From Neoconidiobolus thromboides FSU 785 (lineage: Eukaryota > Fungi > Entomophthoromycota): 64,000 nucleotides of DNA. Shown here one piece after another: positions 57,809-64,000 of this stretch. The notes under the pieces are model-generated. The model worked only from the letters and a program-made list of their open reading frames with translations, made no database searches and was not told the DNA's origin. A program made the translations under genes and the position numbers. The stretch's first letter is position 1. The number at the start of each line of letters is the position of its first letter. The stretch is taken from assembly GCA_025603075.1 (NCBI GenBank), contig MU626327.1:1-64000 (forward strand). The letters are read 5' to 3'.

Positions 57809-59985
57809 TAGTTGTGAATTTGAAATAAAGCTATTGATTTTATAACTGTTGATAAGATATTAACAAATAGGTAAGATTGATTGGAGTAAATAGTTAAATG
57901 AATTCTAATATTGTAAAAAATAATGTGAAAAAAGGGAATGAGTCACAAATTTATGGGTTTAAGCTGCCAGCTTAAAGGCCTAGTGTTAAGAATTAAAATG
58001 TTATCACAAATATATTTTTAGTTAATTTTTATTTAGCTTATGGGGATTTAGATGGTTGTTTGAAATAAATTTATTACTTTTTAACACTCGCTAAACCCTT
58101 TTGATTGGTTAAATTTGAAAATTATCCTAAAACTGTAATAAATTTGATAAGGGTTTAGACGCTTAAAGAAGAATGATCGAAAGATTAGCCAAATCTTCTA
58201 TATTTAGTATCCCAACTAAGTTTTTTGGCTTTAAAAGACCATTTTTCTAATATTAAATCAATATATAATATTTATGACATCATCCTTGCCCAATAGATAG
58301 CCACTAAATGGACTATTCTTCAAATGAACTCTTTTAAGGCCTAAAATATTACTTTAACAAGAACTTGATTATAGGCTTAATTTAAACTAATCAATCAAAG
58401 CTTCCAACTAATTTTCAAACTGATTTTAATTGATACCCCACTTTTTTCATTTCAATGAAATGTTGGGTGATCACTTTGTTTAATAGATAAAGACTAGCCA
58501 ATAGAATCTATAACCTTTATCTATAAAGCTATGCTTTTCATATGCCATATGCATTTTATATCACGATATATGTTTAGGGCTTTTCTGAGGTTTTCTTTTT
58601 TCACTTAATTTTCTTTTCTTATCAGTAAGATGTAAAGTCAGGCTTTAAAAATACCATCTAATCAATTAAGGATAAGCATATTTATGAAATTTGATTGGCT
58701 TTATTTTATATATGATGAATTTTTTAGCTTGAATGAAGTTGGAATAGAAATGATTAAAAATTATATTTTATTGGTAGACTTCAAATCAAAATTTCTTAAT
58801 ATACTAAATAAAGGATGCTAAAATAATACGAGTAAAGCTATTAAATTTTATTAATAAAACTATTGTAAATAAATTAGCCTAATAATCGTTAATGGTATAA
58901 TACATAATGAAACTAAATATACTATGATATATATATTAAATATATAATATAAAGGCTCTAACAATGCCAATTAAATAGACTCGATTTCTTTTCGATAAAC
59001 TCAGCTATATCAAATGATTTACTATTATTCCCTTATCAAAGTTTAGGATAATTCAATCCCATGTTATTTATTACAGCTACGTAATGTCATAATCCCCTAT
59101 TTAATGAAATCGTATTTTGTAATATAATTTCATTCGTCTTATTCTGCCTATTTATGTATAAGTTACTTTCACTAATCAAGTAACTTTTCGACATAAGTAA
59201 AACTTGAATAATATTTCGAATTAATGTGACTGTTTTTATCTGAATTTGTTTTGATAGATAAAAAAATAATATATTGTACTTTAACCAAATAGTTATTTGT
59301 TAGATAATGTCTAGTATATTTAAATGTATTTTGTACTTAATATGGTCGGAACCTTTTTAAGTTACTTGACAAATTAATAGAATGAACCTTAAATTTTATA
59401 AACTTACCTTTTCTCAGATTGATTTCCCTGTATTGCGAAACTTCAACCTCGCTACTAGAAATTTGATTTGTTCTTTAATACTCCTTCTGATTCTAAATAA
59501 CTGTCATGTTTATTAATTGAAAATTTAGAATAACTGTCATACCTTCAAACTTTTGAGAAGGATTTCTTAATTAAGTAATTTTAGTGTTAAATTGGATTTT
59601 AATCCAGAAAAATTATAATATTATGTTATAATTTTATGGTTACTTAACTTATTTGAAATTGAAACTATGTTATTTAAATCATCTATAGCACAAAAGCTAT
59701 TATTTTTTTATTTAATGTAAATATAAATTTTAACTTTAAGATTATTTTTAATGGTTTTATTATGTAAATTTTTTATAATTTAGTAAATTTAGTATTATTT
59801 ATGATTATATTAATTTTCTAGTAAAAATTAATAAAATAACTATAATTCAAATATCTTAAATAAATACTAAATCAATAGTATACAACTGCCACATAATAAA
59901 ATAAAGTTTATTAGACAATTAGCTAGTTTAAGTTAAATTTTATTTAAAATAACAGCATTTATAAAATCAACGTTATTTAAATAAA

Positions 59986-60084
59986 TGGGGATGTTTTTTT
60001 TGGTTTCATTACTTTTCTGTCTCTTAAGCACTATTTGAGTAGAAGATTGTTGACAAAATTCTTAAACAAAAAAATACATCCCCA
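59986..60084 (-). mobile_element. MITE copy 22
   Basis: tggggatgtttttttt...aaaaatacatcccca. Confidence 0.92.
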
Positions 60085-60331
60085 AATACTATTTTATATT
60101 TTAGAAAAGCAGATTGTTTTTAAAAATATTTTAATATTATTTATACAACAATCTCAATGTTATTTTAAATTTTATTAAATATATTTAATTGTTACTAAAA
60201 ACAAATAAAAAAATAAAAATTTTAAATAACAAAACACTTATTAACAAGGTTTTAAAGCTTTTATTAATATTTTGTAAAAATTTGTATTTAAATTCTAATG
60301 TATATATATTTTTATCTAATAGTTTTGATAT

Positions 60332-60425
60332 ATAAGTGTGTTTTAATTTCATCACTTTTTTCATCTTAAAGTGCTATTTGAGCAAAAAAATTGATAGAAT
60401 TCTTAAACGCAACAATACATCCCCA
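60332..60425 (-). mobile_element. MITE copy 23
   Basis: ...tttcatcactttttt...gtgctatttgagc...aatacatcccca-TA. Confidence 0.82.
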
Positions 60426-60609
60426 TATTTAATTATTTAATTAATAATAATTGGATAAAAATAAATCTAAAGTAAAAAAAGCATATTTTTAACTAATATT
60501 AAATTAGTTAGATAAAATACTTAGAATTTTTATAACTATTAAAATAGTATAATTTAAAAAATAAAAAGAGTAACGAAGCTAAAAAAACATCTATATATCA
60601 ATCATAATA

Positions 60610-60711
60610 TTGAGATGCACTTCTTTGTTCAAGAATTTTATTAATAATTATTTTAACCAAATAGCGCCTTGAAAAATGCAAAAAATGATGAAATCAAAAA
60701 AAACACTCACA
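60610..60711 (+). mobile_element. MITE copy 24 (diverged)
   Basis: TA-ttgagatgcac...caaatagcgcc...aaaaaaaacactcaca-TA. Confidence 0.8.
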
Positions 60712-60753
60712 TATATTAACATTTTTTAATTAAAAACTATTATTAAAAGTTAG

Positions 60754-60850
60754 TGGGGGTGTGTTTTTATGTTTAAGAATTTTACTAACTTTTCCGCTCA
60801 AATAGCGCCTGAAAGGTAGAAAAAGTGATGAAGCCAAAAAAACACCTCCA
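60754..60850 (+). mobile_element. MITE copy 25
   Basis: tgggggtgtgtttttatgtttaagaatt...aaaaaaacacctcca. Confidence 0.9.
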
Positions 60851-60964
60851 ATGATATTGCTTTTTATAATGTTATTAATCAAAAAATTTAAAAATAATAA
60901 GTCATAAGTTATTTTGAGCTATGTTTATAAATTTTGTAGCTGTTTTTGCTTTTTTACTAAAATA

Positions 60965-61063
60965 TGGAGGTGTTTCTTTATGTTAAGAATTTTACTAACA
61001 ATCTTTCCACTCAAATAGCGCTTAAAAAATGGAAAAATAATGAAATAAAAAAAGATATCCCCT
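60965..61063 (+). mobile_element. MITE copy 26
   Basis: TA-tggaggtgtttc...ctcaaatagcgcttaaaaaatgg...gatatcccct. Confidence 0.9.
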
Positions 61064-61138
61064 TATATTATTTTGAAAATGCTTATATAAATTTTAAACA
61101 TTTCGTAGTTGTTGTTTTCAGTATCATGATCTCTCAGT

Positions 61139-61600
61139 TGTGAAATCTGGTACTCAGTGTTTAGAGTCAAAAACAGCTATTTCTGGGTTGACTACACTAT
61201 AAGTCGAAAGGTCTTAGTTTATGCGACTAAGATAGACTTGGATTATGAAGAATAGCACGTAATAGGCTACAGACTATGTAAGACAAATAGAATAAACAAT
61301 ACTAATGTAAATCTACGTGAAATACTATTAAGAAAACTTAGTGGCTTTATTAAATATTCGAGATATCAGGGAATGATTCAGTTAGAAAGCCTCAACTAAC
61401 ATACTCTGCGAACTCTTTTATACTCTGAAAAGTATAAATATCAAAATGAGAAGGTAATATTGTTTGGGATGAAGCTAGAAATTCTCATAGCAAATCAAAA
61501 TAAGAACGTGGGATTGATTTTCTCTGAACTCGAGAACACAACAGCTTAGGCGATTGTTATGCTATAATTAACCATGGGACTGACAAGGCGATATTCCACA
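61139..61600 (+). mobile_element. Solo-LTR-like element, copy 2 (462 bp)
   Basis: TGTGAAAT...ATTCCACA termini. The flanks cagt and cagc look like a 4-bp TSD with one transition. Direct repeat of 20621..21083. Confidence 0.78.
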
Positions 61601-62047
61601 CAGCTAAGCCTATAAATAACTAGATTACTAATAAGTTTTTTATTAATTTTATCAAAATTAATTAGCTAAACTTATTTAATTGAGTAAAATAATGCTTGAA
61701 AAAAGCTTTTGCTTTGTCAAAAAAATATAAACAGCTAAAATACATAATAAATTAAAGAATATATGGGGATGTCCAAATTAGCTTCATTCTTTATTCAATC
61801 TTTAAATATTTTGAATTTTAAAGACTGCTTAAAATTCTATAAAAACAGATTCTATTAAAAAATAGGAGTATCCGATACAGTTTTAAATTATTTTATTATA
61901 ATTTATATTGTAACTTAGCTGAGTTTTTATTAAATTTAACAGATTCCCAGATTAGCAAGATTTTTACTAATACAAACTATATATTGACATTAATCAAAAT
62001 TATAGTGCCCAAATAAATATATGTCTCCATAAAACTTCATTAGAAAA

Positions 62048-62148
62048 TGAGGGTGTATTTTTTTAGGAATCTTAGCACTAATTTTTGCGCTCCAAATAAA
62101 TAGTGCTTAAAAAATAGGAAAAGTAATGAAACCGAAAAAACATCCCTA
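62048..62148 (+). mobile_element. MITE copy 27
   Basis: tgagggtgtattttttt...aaaaaacatcccta. Confidence 0.85.
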
Positions 62149-62168
62149 AATATTTACTGCTAACTACT

Positions 62169-62269
62169 TGGGGATGATTTTTTTGATTTCATTACTTTTT
62201 CCACCTTTTAAGCGCTATTTGAGCGGAAAATTTATTAGTAAAATTCTTAAACGTAAAAATACATTCCCA
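62169..62269 (-). mobile_element. MITE copy 28
   Basis: tggggatgattttt...aagcgctatttgagcgg...aatacattccca. Confidence 0.9.
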
Positions 62270-62787
62270 CTTTATATATAGGCAATATTGCAGGCTTACT
62301 ATCAAATAAATAAACTATTTTAATATTATAGTTAAATTATTAATATATCACTAATTTAATAAATAGCTTCATGGGAAAGGGTAGTTAGCCTTAAAACTAT
62401 AATTAATCATGCTTATATGATACAAGCAATATAGTAATAATTTTATTTATTATCATAATTATTTGCTCTTTCGCTACTTATTGACTTAAATATTAATAAT
62501 TTAAGTAACGTTGGCATTTGATAGTTGATTTTTATCATCCAATAAACTATTTAATTGCTTAATAAATACCGAAACTTTTAAATTTTATGTTATTTTTAGG
62601 ATAAGCTGGAGTTAATATTTTAATTTTCTAATTTTTTATAAACTTTATAACTTTAGTTGGGATTATGTCACTTTTTTTTTGATTTACCAGATACTGGATA
62701 ATAATATAGTTTACTATTATATTTAACGAAATATAAATACTTTTTAATATTTTATATTATTAATATTTTTTTATACTTCTGTTTTTT

Positions 62788-62871
62788 TGTATTTTTGTGT
62801 TTAAAAATTTTACTAACAAATTTTCCGCTTAAAAAATGGAAAAAACAATGAAGTCAAAAAAAATACTCTTG
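62788..62871 (+). mobile_element. MITE copy 29 (central hairpin deleted, left TIR lost)
   Basis: ttttccgct^taaaaaatgg: 11 nt (caaatagcgct) are lost between two cgct direct repeats. Confidence 0.8.
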
Positions 62872-63476
62872 TATCTTATCTGTTCATAAAATATACACAG
62901 ATCTAAAAATCTAGAATTTGGTATGGTGTACCTTCCATATCAATTAGCAATGACCTATCAAAGAATACCCAAATATGAAAAAGAATGTTAATTTATTGAT
63001 GGAAAGTATACTTATGTTAATTTCAACTTAAACATCTACTGTAAAGATAACTTTTTAGTGATAAAGAATCAAATCTTAAAGATTTTCTATGTAGTCAGTT
63101 TGCGAAATCTAATTTATTTAAATGAATTTTTCCTTAAAATAATCACCTTTACCTCTCTACCCTTACATTTACTATTTATACCTTAATCAATATTGATAAT
63201 CCAAAAGCTAAATTTTAATCTGTCAATTGAGTAGTCCAATACGCCTATTGAATATCCCTTAAAATAAATTCCAGATGCTTACATGGCATAATTCAATGTG
63301 TAAATAAGCCCCCTATCAGACTATAAAAAAGCTTTGGGCTTGATATTAAGGAATCGCTGAGCTAAATAAAATGATTTCCATTATCAGGATATTTGTTTTT
63401 TTAAACAAATTATTTGAAAGCTATAAGGCATCTAATTGTATCTTCACACCCTTTTAAGTCATCGGTTGTGAATTTA

Positions 63477-64000
63477 TTAATGTTTTTTGTTGGTTGATAC
63501 CGTTCCGCAGTAGTTTTCTATTTCAAACTTCCTCCATTTGATACTTGGATTATTAAGCTCTTTAGCTACATCAGGTACTTTAGAGTATATATAATATATC
63601 CCTATCATAGCTATACAGGGAAACATTATAGAGTCTGTCTCAGCTTCTATTAACACCATGTGCTTATTACTATTATCAGAATTTTTAATATCCTTTAATT
63701 TTGAGTTACTTTATATTTTATCGTTATTTTGAGAGGATTCAATAGCCTTAGTTATCAGCTCAGGCCCCGAGTCTTTTAAAATAATTTGTACTTTGTTTCC
63801 TTGAACTCCAATTAAAATGCTTTTATTTCCTGAAAAATACATATCTGGTTTTGTATGTGTTCCTTCTTTAGGCGTATGAAGAATTGTGTCTCTCTGCGGT
63901 CTTATTGCTAGTTTGGTCCTAGTATACTCAAATACTCTTAACGATTGAAGTATATATTCATTTACTGCACTTTCTTGGTTTGCATCTGTTTCAGTTGGTG
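63477..64000 (-). pseudogene. 3' part of a gene-like frame cut by the window edge, with one in-frame TAA (63711-63713)
   Basis: 95 open codons from the edge (PTETDANQESAVNEYIL...KPD...), then a stop, then the same frame continues into the 60-aa ORF. Product unknown. Confidence 0.4.

Noticed and set aside
57938-57945. ATGAGTCA upstream of the kinase
   Set aside because: Only the core heptamer, which also occurs inside CDSs in this window, and no functional link to amino-acid control.
59986-61063. Repeat-spacer-like arrangement as a CRISPR array
   Set aside because: Repeats are ~100 bp, diverged, in mixed orientation and irregularly spaced. The context is eukaryotic with no cas genes.
20621-61600. 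The two LTR-like repeats as ends of one 41-kb element
   Set aside because: The outer flanks do not form a TSD, copy 2 has its own TSD-like flanks, and the interior holds ordinary host genes.
1-64000. tRNA, rRNA or prokaryotic features
   Set aside because: No cloverleaf or rRNA-like segments were seen; genes have spliceosomal introns.

Overview
This is very AT-rich eukaryotic DNA with short GT-AG introns (about 42-110 nt). It is fungal, probably an early-diverging lineage such as Zoopagomycota/Entomophthorales (inference only). Recognisable conserved genes are CPA2 (CPSase large chain with a mitochondrial-type presequence and a perfect Gcn4-type site upstream), a 14-TM MFS transporter, HEL2/ZNF598, an AIG2-like gamma-glutamylcyclotransferase, ERG26, XAP5/FAM50 and a Ser/Thr kinase. 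Several long proteins have no recognisable family. Three accessory layers stand out. (1) A family of ~100-bp TA-flanked miniature inverted-repeat elements has 29 near-complete copies plus relics. An empty-site comparison supports a TA target duplication, and copies sit at gene-family breakpoints. (2) A birth-and-death cluster of nine fungal-TF-middle-homology-like genes and pseudogenes lacks any Zn2Cys6 cluster; most members share a phase-1 intron before a YLxW motif. (3) There are two ~460-bp solo-LTR-like repeats and eroded LINE, Ty3 and Tc1-like relics, with apparent CpG/GC decay in repeats. No rRNA, tRNA or CRISPR was found. The supplied ORF at 14619..15845 is actually on the minus strand. 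All alignments and counts were done by eye.
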